Source of the DNA: a bacterium
Lineage (GTDB): Bacteria > SZUA-182 > DTGQ01 > JAFGSM01
Reading direction: 5' to 3'
DNA: 64,000 bases
Assembly (NCBI GenBank): GCA_049472315.1
Contig: JBLIRN010000014.1
Location: 1 to 64,000, forward strand
Part shown: positions 9,903-18,266 of the stretch, piece by piece
How positions within the stretch are numbered: the first letter of the stretch is position 1
Layout: the number at the start of each line of letters is the position of its first letter
Notes under the pieces: model-generated
Seen by the model: the letters and a program-made list of their open reading frames with translations, nothing else
Database searches by the model: none
What the model was told of the DNA's origin: nothing
Position numbers and translations under genes: made by a program

Positions 9903-11072
9903 TCATTCGGCAAGGGCGAAACTGCCGTTTCTCACCTGGAGCATCTCGAATGCATCCTTGGTCAGTCCGCAGTGGTCATCGGGTGAAAAACGGTAGATAT
10001 CGGCAATCCCCATAAAGCCCTGCAGGTTCTCGATGTAATCCCTGATCTTTGCCCGGTCGGGACCTACCGCCTTGAGGGCATCGACGAGGATATACATGGC
10101 GTCGTAGGCATGGCCCCCGAAGGTGCTCACCTCGGAGCCGAACCGTTCCTCGTACTCTTTTTTATACCCCATGAGGACCTTTTTCTGGTAGTGGTCATCC
10201 GGAAGCAGGTCGGCCACCAGGATACGTCCCACCGGGACCAGCACCCCTGATGCGGCGGGGCCTGCCTGATCGATATTCTTGGTGCTCCCGAATCCCGAGC
10301 TTTGGAACAGCGGGATCTTGAGGCCGAGCTGGTACACGTTCTTGGTAATGATGACCTGGGTGGGGCCGATCGACCAGTTCACGATGGCCTGGGCATCCGT
10401 ACCCTTGATCTTGGTGAGCTGAACGGTCATATCGGTGTCCTTGTTGCTGTAACGCTCATCCGCCACGATGGTGATGCCCATGTTTTTCGCAGCCTTCTGG
10501 AGCTCGATCCTTCCGCTGTCGCCGTATCCGTCGGACACGGTGATGATGGCGACCTTGGTGATCCCCTTCTTGAGCATGTAATCGAACATCTTCTCCGCAC
10601 AGAAGGAATCGGATTGGGCCACCTTGAACACCCAACGCTTTATCGGCTCGGTGATCTTTGCCGATGCCGCGCACGAGATGTTGGGCACCCCTGCCTCCTC
10701 CACCACCGGTATGACGGCGAGGCTGGAGCCGCTCCGGGAGGGACCGATGATGGCGAGCACCTGGTCCCTTTCGATGAGCTTCTTGGCGTTCAGGACCGAC
10801 TTGGTCTCGTCTCCCTCGGTGTCATAGATGATCAATTTGAGGGGATGACCGTTGATGCCGCCTGCCGCATTGACCTTATCGGCGATCATCTGAGCGGTGT
10901 TGCGTTCCGGCTCGCCGAGCCAGGATGCTGGGCCGGTTACGGAAAAGATGGCCCCGATCGTATACGGCTCCTTTTCGGCGCGGCCTGTTCCGGGGAATAC
11001 CATACAGGCGATGAAAAGAATGATAATGACGACGCACTGCCCTTTGTACCGGATCTTTGATACAGGTATCAT
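9903..11072 (-). CDS. ABC transporter substrate-binding protein, LivK/LivJ-like (copy B)
   Basis: Close paralog of 8635..9798 with long identical peptide stretches. Confidence 0.9.
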   Translation of the reverse strand: MIPVSKIRYKGQCVVIIILFIACMVFPGTGRAEKEPYTIGAIFSVTGPASWLGEPERNTAQMIADKVNAAGGINGHPLKLIIYDTEGDETKSVLNAKKLIERDQVLAIIGPSRSGSSLAVIPVVEEAGVPNISCAASAKITEPIKRWVFKVAQSDSFCAEKMFDYMLKKGITKVAIITVSDGYGDSGRIELQKAAKNMGITIVADERYSNKDTDMTVQLTKIKGTDAQAIVNWSIGPTQVIITKNVYQLGLKIPLFQSSGFGSTKNIDQAGPAASGVLVPVGRILVADLLPDDHYQKKVLMGYKKEYEERFGSEVSTFGGHAYDAMYILVDALKAVGPDRAKIRDYIENLQGFMGIADIYRFSPDDHCGLTKDAFEMLQVRNGSFALAE

Positions 11073-11142
11073 GGCACACCCCTATACAAGATTGTTGATG
11101 ACAGTACTGCTCGGAATGACCGGGATCTCCGGTACGCACGGC

Positions 11143-11580
11143 TTAGAGGGTGTAGACATTCTCCCCCTTCAGAACGGCGATGCCGGCATCCTTGAGGAGC
11201 TTTATGGCCCTGTCGATGTTCTGATCGTCAAACCTGAAGATGATGACCGCATTATTCCTGCTCCGCTCAACAAAGGCATACATGTACTCGACATTGATGG
11301 TTTCCTTGTTGAGGATCTCCAGTATTTTGGCAAGCCCTCCCGGCCTGTCCTCAACCTCCACGGCGATCACCTCGGTCTTTCCCACGGTGAATCCGTTTTT
11401 TTTCAGCACCGCGCTCGCCTTTTCCGTGTCGTTGACAATCAACCGAAGTATGCCGAAATCGGTCGTGTCCGCAAGGGAGAGCGCCCTGATGTTGATCCCG
11501 TTGTCGCCCAGGACCCGGGCCACCTCGGAGAGCCTTCCGGACTTGTTTTCCAAAAAGATGGATATTTGCTGGACTCTCAT
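11143..11580 (-). CDS. Tandem ACT-domain protein of the type linked to paaK
   Basis: [49 protein letters not shown]. Confidence 0.9.
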   Translation of the reverse strand: MRVQQISIFLENKSGRLSEVARVLGDNGINIRALSLADTTDFGILRLIVNDTEKASAVLKKNGFTVGKTEVIAVEVEDRPGGLAKILEILNKETINVEYMYAFVERSRNNAVIIFRFDDQNIDRAIKLLKDAGIAVLKGENVYTL

Positions 11581-11611
11581 GATTCCACCTTCCTTTATGG
11601 TTTAAAAGAGG

Positions 11612-12934
11612 TCATGATCCACTGTTTTCTTGTGACATGGTTCGTTTGTCGATCACGCGTTTCGCCTTTCCCATGCTTCGTTCGATGGTCTTTGGCTCTA
11701 CCAGCGTCACCTTCGCGGTTACCCCGAGCATCTCCCTGAGTTCCTTGGCAATCCTCTTCTCCATTGACTCGAGGGCCTTGATTTCATCGGAAAAGAGCCG
11801 CTCATTCACCTCCACCTGGACCTCCAGGGTGTCCAGGGAGCCCTCGCGGTCCACCACGATCATATAGTGCGGTTCAACTCCCTCTATCTCCATGAGCACG
11901 CTTTCGATCTGGGATGGGAACACATTGACGCCCCGAATGATGAGCATGTCGTCCGACCTGCCGCTCACCCGATCCATGCGGACCAGAGTGCGGCCGCACT
12001 TGCATGGCTCCGGATGGAGGGCGCTGATATCACGGGTGCGATAGCGGATGAGAGGGAATGCCTCCTTGGTGATACAGGTGAAAACAAGCTCACCCCGCTG
12101 CCCGTAGGGAAGGACCTCGCCGGTTTGCGGATTGATGATCTCGGGTATGAAGTGGTCTTCAAACACATGGAGACCGCATTTCGCCTCCTCGCACTCCGAG
12201 GCGACACCCGGGCCTATGACCTCGCTCAGGCCGTAGATGTCGATGGCGCTGATGTTCAGCTTCGCCTCGATGTCCCTGCGCATGTTGTCGGACCATGGCT
12301 CTGCGCCGAATATGCCCACCCTCAGCTTGAGGCCCTTGAAATCCACCCCCATCTCCTCTGCGGTCTCCGCCAAAAACAGGGCGTATGAAGGGGTGGAGGT
12401 GAGCACCGTGGAACCGAAATCCTGCATGATCATTATCTGCTTTTTGGTGTTCCCGCCGGACATGGGGATGACCGATGCACCGATTCGCTCGGCGCCATAG
12501 TGGGCCCCCAGGCCCCCGGTGAAAAGCCCGTAGCCATAGGCATTCTGCACGATGTCACCCTTTGCCACGTTGCCGCAGGTGAGGGTGCGGGCCATCAATT
12601 CGGCCCAGGTGTTGATGTCCCGCTTGGTATAGCCGACCACCGTCGGTTTGCCGGTGGTCCCCGATGAGGCGTGAATCCTCACCACCTGGTTCATGGGAAC
12701 GGCGAACATGCCGAAGGGATAGTTGTCCCTGAGGTCGTCTTTCATGGTGAAGGGAAGTTTTGCCAGGTCCTTCAGGCTCTTGATGTTCTCCGGCTTTACT
12801 CCTGCCTGATCAAAGGCCCTCTTGTAGAAGGGGACAGTATAGTAGACCCTCTGTACAACCTGCTGGAGCCGTTTAAGCTGGAGCGCTTGCATTGCTTCCT
12901 GTGGCAGGGTCTCGAATTCCTCATCCCAGATCAT
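11612..12934 (-). CDS. paaK: Phenylacetate--CoA ligase family protein (copy 2)
   Basis: [52 protein letters not shown]. Confidence 0.92.
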   Translation of the reverse strand: MIWDEEFETLPQEAMQALQLKRLQQVVQRVYYTVPFYKRAFDQAGVKPENIKSLKDLAKLPFTMKDDLRDNYPFGMFAVPMNQVVRIHASSGTTGKPTVVGYTKRDINTWAELMARTLTCGNVAKGDIVQNAYGYGLFTGGLGAHYGAERIGASVIPMSGGNTKKQIMIMQDFGSTVLTSTPSYALFLAETAEEMGVDFKGLKLRVGIFGAEPWSDNMRRDIEAKLNISAIDIYGLSEVIGPGVASECEEAKCGLHVFEDHFIPEIINPQTGEVLPYGQRGELVFTCITKEAFPLIRYRTRDISALHPEPCKCGRTLVRMDRVSGRSDDMLIIRGVNVFPSQIESVLMEIEGVEPHYMIVVDREGSLDTLEVQVEVNERLFSDEIKALESMEKRIAKELREMLGVTAKVTLVEPKTIERSMGKAKRVIDKRTMSQENSGS

Positions 12935-12978
12935 GACCTTCCCTCCTTTGTAAATTTTAAGCCATTGAAATTCTTATT

Positions 12979-13007
12979 TTAATAACATTTTTTGCGCAAC
13001 ATGTCAA
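12979..13007 (-). promoter_or_regulatory. Putative sigma-70 promoter of the paaK-liv operon
   Basis: Minus strand TTGACA-N17-TATTAA in an AT-rich divergent intergenic region. Confidence 0.45.
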
Positions 13008-13188
13008 GATAGTCATGAATGCTTGTTATCCTACCACATATTGAAATGATACAGAAGGTTGAATATACCGGTGAACATGGTATTGTCCGGTTTCTATTAA
13101 CAACACCTCTGTTTTGTGATACCATTCGTTGCGATGCGCCGAAGGTGGTGCGCACCCATCTGACAGGAGGGAAGATCGAGAAGGGGCT

Positions 13189-15393
13189 ATGGTGTCATCG
13201 ACGATGAAGGATCATCGTGTAGCGATATCGAAGTGCTTAGGTGCGGCAGGCGTGCTCATCTCCACCGGGCTTCCTTCGGTGCTTCTGCGCAGGCCCCTCT
13301 TTCCCTCCCAGCTCAATCTGGTCGCATGGTCCGGCGTGATATTTTCCTTTCTCCTCCTGTGGCGGGATGGCACTATGGTACATAAGAAGCTGGCCTACTG
13401 GGCTGTTGCCAGCATCATATGCATCCTTGCGATCGTTCGCAGCCGCGTGCTCCCTCCCGCCCACGTTACCCGATACGACATCCTGTTTATAATCGTCGCC
13501 CTTTCCCTGGTCTACCGGGGGACCATCCGGGATCTCGCCTTGTTTATGATATGCGTGCTCGCCCCCCTCGCCCTTGCCGAACTGTATGGGTTCATGCCCT
13601 CATTTACCGCCGAAATCCTCCTCATTGGCGTCGGCATCGGCATGGGGCTCCTGCTTCCCATGGTGCGGTCCCATTTCACATCAAAAGGGGGCGCCTGCGC
13701 AGCAGGCCTCGGCGTAGTGCTGGTCGGGCTCATCGGCGTTGTTTCCTATCTGATGGTATGCTTGCCAATAGGAAACCCCAAGAACAAGCGGGTCATATTC
13801 GACACCGGCCACGGGACCACGGAGAGTCCTCTCATCGATTACACCAGGAGCATCGATACCGGCACCGAATTCGGTCATGCACACCTGGTGCGGTACCTTT
13901 CCATGCACGGTTTTCGCTGTGAGATGGCCGATTCCATTGCCGGAGATACCCTTTCCGGGGCAAGCATCCTGGTCCTCATCATGCCCTCCCTGCCCTATTC
14001 CCCGGAGGAGATTGAGTCGATCCGTGCATTTGTGGCGGAGGGAGGGGGGCTGTTGGTGATCGGGGATCATACGGATATCAGCCATGTCCTCTCATCCCTC
14101 AATCCCGTTATCGAACAATTCGGTATCCGGTTGCGCTTTGACACCATATGGCTTCAAAAGAACGACCGCATAAATCTCGACTACCGGCCCCATCCAGCAA
14201 CCTTTGACCTGCCCATGGTCAACTTCAGCGTCGGCGCATCCCTGGACCTCACACCGCCCGGCCGTCCGGTCATCGTATCGCCGTTCGGCACCTTCTCCGA
14301 TACGGGTGACCCGGAAAACGCCGCCCACGCCTATCTCGGCAATTCCCTGCGTGATCCGGGCGAGAAAATGACCGACCTGTGCCTCATAGCCGATTGCCTC
14401 TACGGCAGGGGAAGGGTATTCGTGATGGGTGATTCGGCCTATTTCCAGAATGCATCCCTTCACAGAAATGCCCTGTTCGCCTATCGGCTCTTTGACTGGT
14501 TGAACCACAGGAATGAGGAACGAGGGGTGAGGATGATGTTTCTCATCGTGCTTTTCTGCCTGGTAGCGGCGCTCACCGTCCTGACGGGGTACGGGAGTGG
14601 ATTCCATGGATCGCTGCTGCCTGCGGTCTCCCTGATTATCCTGTGCTCCCTGTGGATGGGAACCCTTCGAAACCTGAAGAGATTGTCCAGGCCGGAGCCT
14701 TTGTTTGCAACGATCTTCATCGATATGACCCATCAGAATGAGTATTCCCTTTACTGGATCAACCGGGAAAAGGCGGATACAAGCCTGGACGGTTTCACCG
14801 GGCAAATCATAAGGTCGGGGATGTTCCCTGTCATAGATACCAAAGGCCCTATCACCTCGGAGACCCTCCGGGGGCATAGGGCGGTTTTCGTCATCTGCCC
14901 CAATGCCCCTTTCGATGAGGAGGAAATAGCGGCGATCGAGGAGTTCGTGGAGGAGGGGGGCGGCCTGCTCCTTGTGGAGGGACCGAGAAAATGGGCCATC
15001 AGCACCGCCCTGTGGGAGCGGTTCGGCCTGATCAAGCATCGGTATCCCTTGAGTGTGAACAGACCGATTCTTTCGCCCTTCGGCCTTCCCATACGCCTGC
15101 AGTATGGGAATTTCAGGGCGTCATTCATCCCCCATCCCATCACCCGGGGGATTACGCAGATCAACATGGTGAACCCCTGCGCCGTACAGGGGGGATTCCC
15201 GGTGGCATTTATCGACAACGTTCCGGTGGTCAATTTTATGGAGTATGGCAAGGGACGGATTGTTGCCATCGGCGACGACCGGTTTTTTGCCAATTATATG
15301 ACGGAATATCAGGAAAAGGTTATCGACCCGGAGAAACTCCGGCTTACCTGGAACCTCATCGACTATTGTGCATATGAAACGGTTCAGCACTAA
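13189..15393 (+). CDS. Polytopic membrane protein with two GIFT/DUF4350 (GATase-like fold) domains
   Basis: Multi-TM N-terminus; domain 1 VIFDTGH...FVAEGGGLLVIGDHTD...YGRGRVFVMGDSAYFQN; two TM helices; domain 2 IFIDMTH...FVEEGGGLLLVE...YGKGRIVAIGDDRFF. Start uncertain (13129/13189/13204). Confidence 0.7.
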   Translation: MVSSTMKDHRVAISKCLGAAGVLISTGLPSVLLRRPLFPSQLNLVAWSGVIFSFLLLWRDGTMVHKKLAYWAVASIICILAIVRSRVLPPAHVTRYDILFIIVALSLVYRGTIRDLALFMICVLAPLALAELYGFMPSFTAEILLIGVGIGMGLLLPMVRSHFTSKGGACAAGLGVVLVGLIGVVSYLMVCLPIGNPKNKRVIFDTGHGTTESPLIDYTRSIDTGTEFGHAHLVRYLSMHGFRCEMADSIAGDTLSGASILVLIMPSLPYSPEEIESIRAFVAEGGGLLVIGDHTDISHVLSSLNPVIEQFGIRLRFDTIWLQKNDRINLDYRPHPATFDLPMVNFSVGASLDLTPPGRPVIVSPFGTFSDTGDPENAAHAYLGNSLRDPGEKMTDLCLIADCLYGRGRVFVMGDSAYFQNASLHRNALFAYRLFDWLNHRNEERGVRMMFLIVLFCLVAALTVLTGYGSGFHGSLLPAVSLIILCSLWMGTLRNLKRLSRPEPLFATIFIDMTHQNEYSLYWINREKADTSLDGFTGQIIRSGMFPVIDTKGPITSETLRGHRAVFVICPNAPFDEEEIAAIEEFVEEGGGLLLVEGPRKWAISTALWERFGLIKHRYPLSVNRPILSPFGLPIRLQYGNFRASFIPHPITRGITQINMVNPCAVQGGFPVAFIDNVPVVNFMEYGKGRIVAIGDDRFFANYMTEYQEKVIDPEKLRLTWNLIDYCAYETVQH

Positions 15394-15397
15394 GGGC

Positions 15398-18052
15398 ATG
15401 GGTGATTTTATACGGTATTTTTCACGGGTGGCAGGGCTCTGGCTCGTGGTCGTCCTGTGGTGGGGCCTGATCGTTCTGGCCCCCTTGCAGATCCATAACG
15501 GGATCGTCATCCGCGACCTCCCCGCCATCGCAGGGGGGATCTATATACTCCTGCTCATGGGATTCTGGAAGAAATGGAGGATATCATTCCGTTCCATGAG
15601 GCAGGAGTGGCTTCTTCCCCTTCTGCTCATTGCAGCACTCGATGCGATTGCCATCCTGTATTTCCGCAGCATTACCTTTTCCTTCATCCTTACCTCACTA
15701 TGTATCCTCTTGACCGGTCATGTCTTGAATCTTGCGTCGTTTATCGATGCCGGATCCCTCCTCTTTCTTACCAGCGCGGGATTCGGAATCACCCACCTGA
15801 TCATGCACCTCGTGCGCGGGATTCCCACCCTTGGATCCAGGTTTTTTGCCCGTCAGATCGCCTTCCTGCTCACCCTGTTTGGAAAGGACGCCCATGTGGT
15901 CATGGGTACCCTTTTTTTTCAAGGGAAAAAGATAACCTGCGACCTCATGAAGATGGGGTTTTTCCCGTGGCTGGCATTGAGCCTTGCCTTTCTCGCATTC
16001 ATCGCCACGGCCCGGGGAAGCAGGAAAAAAAAGGCGTATGCCGCCGGAATCGGCATTGTCTTACATTATCTGTATCTGGTGGGAAGGGCCGCGCTGCTCT
16101 TTGTGTTCGTACCCGATCGCATGTATGCGGGCGCTGGAACGTTCAACCTCTTTTATTGGCGGATACTCGTTTTTTCATGTATCCCCCTGCTCCTTATATG
16201 GCTGTTCATCCTCTATGAGGCGGATCTGTCCGAGCCGGAAAAGGGTTTGTCCGGGCTGTTTTCTGCAAAGCCATCCCGGATGGACCCCCTGCTCTTCGCA
16301 GCGACTGTGATAACGGTGCTTTTCATGACCTTGTCATTTCTGTTCCACGGGTTTGCCAGACACCGGGACATCCACGTCATCATCGACGAGGTACACAGTG
16401 ACTGGGAATCGAGCCTCATCGATTTCAATCAAGACATCTTCGGCACCCTTGCGGAGAACAGCTACCACTCCCTACTGGACTACCTGAGGCACTTTTACCC
16501 GGCAACAATCCTGAGCAATAAACCGGGCATGGCCCCCAATCTTGAGGGAGTCGAGTTGATCCATACCCCCATCCTCACCGGCGAGGTTCTGGACGGTGCC
16601 ACGAGGATCCATCCGGAGCGGCACCCGGTGCTGGTCTTGAAATGCATCACCACGGCGTTTTCCCCCTATGAGATCGACATCATAAGGGATTTCGTCTCCC
16701 GCGGCGGAAGCGTACTGCTCATCGGCGACCACACGGATGTGTTTTTCATGAACAAGAATCTCAATGAGCTTGCAGGACACTTCGGCATACGGTTCGAGCA
16801 GAATTCCGTATATTTCATTGACGGGGGATGGGTCATCACGGATCCGCCGCACTACGAGTCGCATCCGGCAACCCACTTCCTGGGCCGGTTTATCTGGGCC
16901 ACCGGGGATTCCGTGACCCTGAAATCGCCTGCGTTTCCCCTGATTACCAGCTCTCCGGTCTGTTTTGCCGATGAGGTCAATTACTTTTACGAAAATTTCT
17001 TCGGCAACACCACGATCGATGCCGACGAGGTGTTCGGAAGCTACTGCGTCATGGCCGGATCACGGTATGGCAAGGGAAGGATCATTGCCTTTACCGATTC
17101 GACCTGCTTCAATAACTACCTGATGTTCAGCGTGGGTCGAAGGCCGCTCATCGCGGGAATCTTCGGATGGCTGGGTGATACGGACTCGACGAATCCCTTT
17201 CCCCTGCTCACCTACCTCTCCTTTTGCGTGCTGGGGGTGATTATGCTGAAACGATGGCGAGGATTCGACTCGTTCCTGCGCACCTGCATCCTGGGCGTGA
17301 TCCTGGGGTGGGGTGCAGGATACCTTTTGGCTATGTCCATGAACGCCCTGCTCTACCCTCCCCCCGCACCCATACGTCCCTTGCCGCAGCAAGTGATCAT
17401 GGATGCAAGCCATGACCCGCTCCATGCAATGAGTTACGGGAACAGCGAATCATTTCTTGCACCGACCAGTTACGACAGCCTCCTGTTCAATATCGGGAGG
17501 ATAGACCTGTTCACGAGGATACACTATGAAGGATCCCTTGGGAAGAGGGCGCTTGACGGATCGTCCTGCCTCATCATCGCCTCTCCGAGGGAGCAATTCT
17601 GCGCACGGGAGAGGGATGCAATACGATCGTATGTTCAGAACGGCGGATCGTTGCTCCTTATCGAGGGTGCGCATCACGATTCCACCGTCAATCAGATCGC
17701 GCATCTCTTCGACATGCATGTGCGTCTCGACCCCTATCGCAACACGATCGATGCAATGAACCAGCGCCTGGCGAGGAACGGGCGTGATGCCCTTCGCACC
17801 AATCCCGCATGGGTGGATGGCGGCACCATGCTCTTCGGCTACGAGGGAATGCCTATTGTCATCTTCAAGCGAGAGGGCAAAGGAATGATTCTCGCCTTCG
17901 GCGACGACGGACTTTTCATGAAGGAGAACTTTCAGGCATTCGGCCGGGAACTGGTTACCATGCAGTGCTTCATGGTCGAGGCGCTCGTGGGCAAGGACGA
18001 AGAGCTGCTGCGGTCCATCCGGTGGAATTATGTCGGCGACGGGGACCCTTGA
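15398..18052 (+). CDS. Polytopic membrane protein: exosortase-like TM block plus two GIFT/DUF4350-like domains; paralog of the upstream gene
   Basis: Domain 1 VIIDEVHSDWE...FVSRGGSVLLIGDHTD...YGKGRIIAFTDSTCFNN; domain 2 VIMDASH...YVQNGGSLLLIE...GKGMILAFGDDGLF; TM block LLTLFG...ITCDLMKMG...YLVGRAALL. Alternative start 15374. Confidence 0.7.
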   Translation: MGDFIRYFSRVAGLWLVVVLWWGLIVLAPLQIHNGIVIRDLPAIAGGIYILLLMGFWKKWRISFRSMRQEWLLPLLLIAALDAIAILYFRSITFSFILTSLCILLTGHVLNLASFIDAGSLLFLTSAGFGITHLIMHLVRGIPTLGSRFFARQIAFLLTLFGKDAHVVMGTLFFQGKKITCDLMKMGFFPWLALSLAFLAFIATARGSRKKKAYAAGIGIVLHYLYLVGRAALLFVFVPDRMYAGAGTFNLFYWRILVFSCIPLLLIWLFILYEADLSEPEKGLSGLFSAKPSRMDPLLFAATVITVLFMTLSFLFHGFARHRDIHVIIDEVHSDWESSLIDFNQDIFGTLAENSYHSLLDYLRHFYPATILSNKPGMAPNLEGVELIHTPILTGEVLDGATRIHPERHPVLVLKCITTAFSPYEIDIIRDFVSRGGSVLLIGDHTDVFFMNKNLNELAGHFGIRFEQNSVYFIDGGWVITDPPHYESHPATHFLGRFIWATGDSVTLKSPAFPLITSSPVCFADEVNYFYENFFGNTTIDADEVFGSYCVMAGSRYGKGRIIAFTDSTCFNNYLMFSVGRRPLIAGIFGWLGDTDSTNPFPLLTYLSFCVLGVIMLKRWRGFDSFLRTCILGVILGWGAGYLLAMSMNALLYPPPAPIRPLPQQVIMDASHDPLHAMSYGNSESFLAPTSYDSLLFNIGRIDLFTRIHYEGSLGKRALDGSSCLIIASPREQFCARERDAIRSYVQNGGSLLLIEGAHHDSTVNQIAHLFDMHVRLDPYRNTIDAMNQRLARNGRDALRTNPAWVDGGTMLFGYEGMPIVIFKREGKGMILAFGDDGLFMKENFQAFGRELVTMQCFMVEALVGKDEELLRSIRWNYVGDGDP

Positions 18053-18096
18053 CCTAGCCTACGCCCTTAACCTCCTAATACCGAGTTTCTCACGAC

Positions 18097-18262
18097 GAAG
18101 GGGGATGCGCCTTTTGTTTCGGCTCCCTTGCACACAGCCTGTATGGCTCGCTTCGGGCACGCCTCAACTCGCCCTTCGGGCTCGAACAAGCGGCGTGCTT
18201 TTCCTCAGCTTCGCCGACAGGCTGTAGTGCTCGTCCGCAGGCACACAGGCGCATCCCCCTTC
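18097..18262. repeat. Palindromic intergenic repeat, copy 1 (REP/MITE-like or structured RNA)
   Basis: 16-bp perfect terminal inverted repeat GAAGGGGGATGCGCCT (18097-18112)/AGGCGCATCCCCCTTC (18247-18262); inner ACAGCCTGT/ACAGGCTGT pair; 42-bp core 18145-18186 is the exact reverse complement of 34723-34764. Confidence 0.85.
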
Positions 18263-18266
18263 ATCC

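Noticed and set aside
10897..11739. 280-aa plus-strand ORF and many other long antisense ORFs (e.g. 14092..15039, 20658..21623, 23923..24831, 29362..30276, 44630..45565, 59103..60272)
   Set aside because: They overlap well-supported genes on the opposite strand, as expected in GC-rich coding DNA.
18030..18227. Small ORFs sharing LASGTPQLALRAR (also 34634..34909)
   Set aside because: The shared peptide is a by-product of the DNA repeat; no RBS or consistent start and stop.
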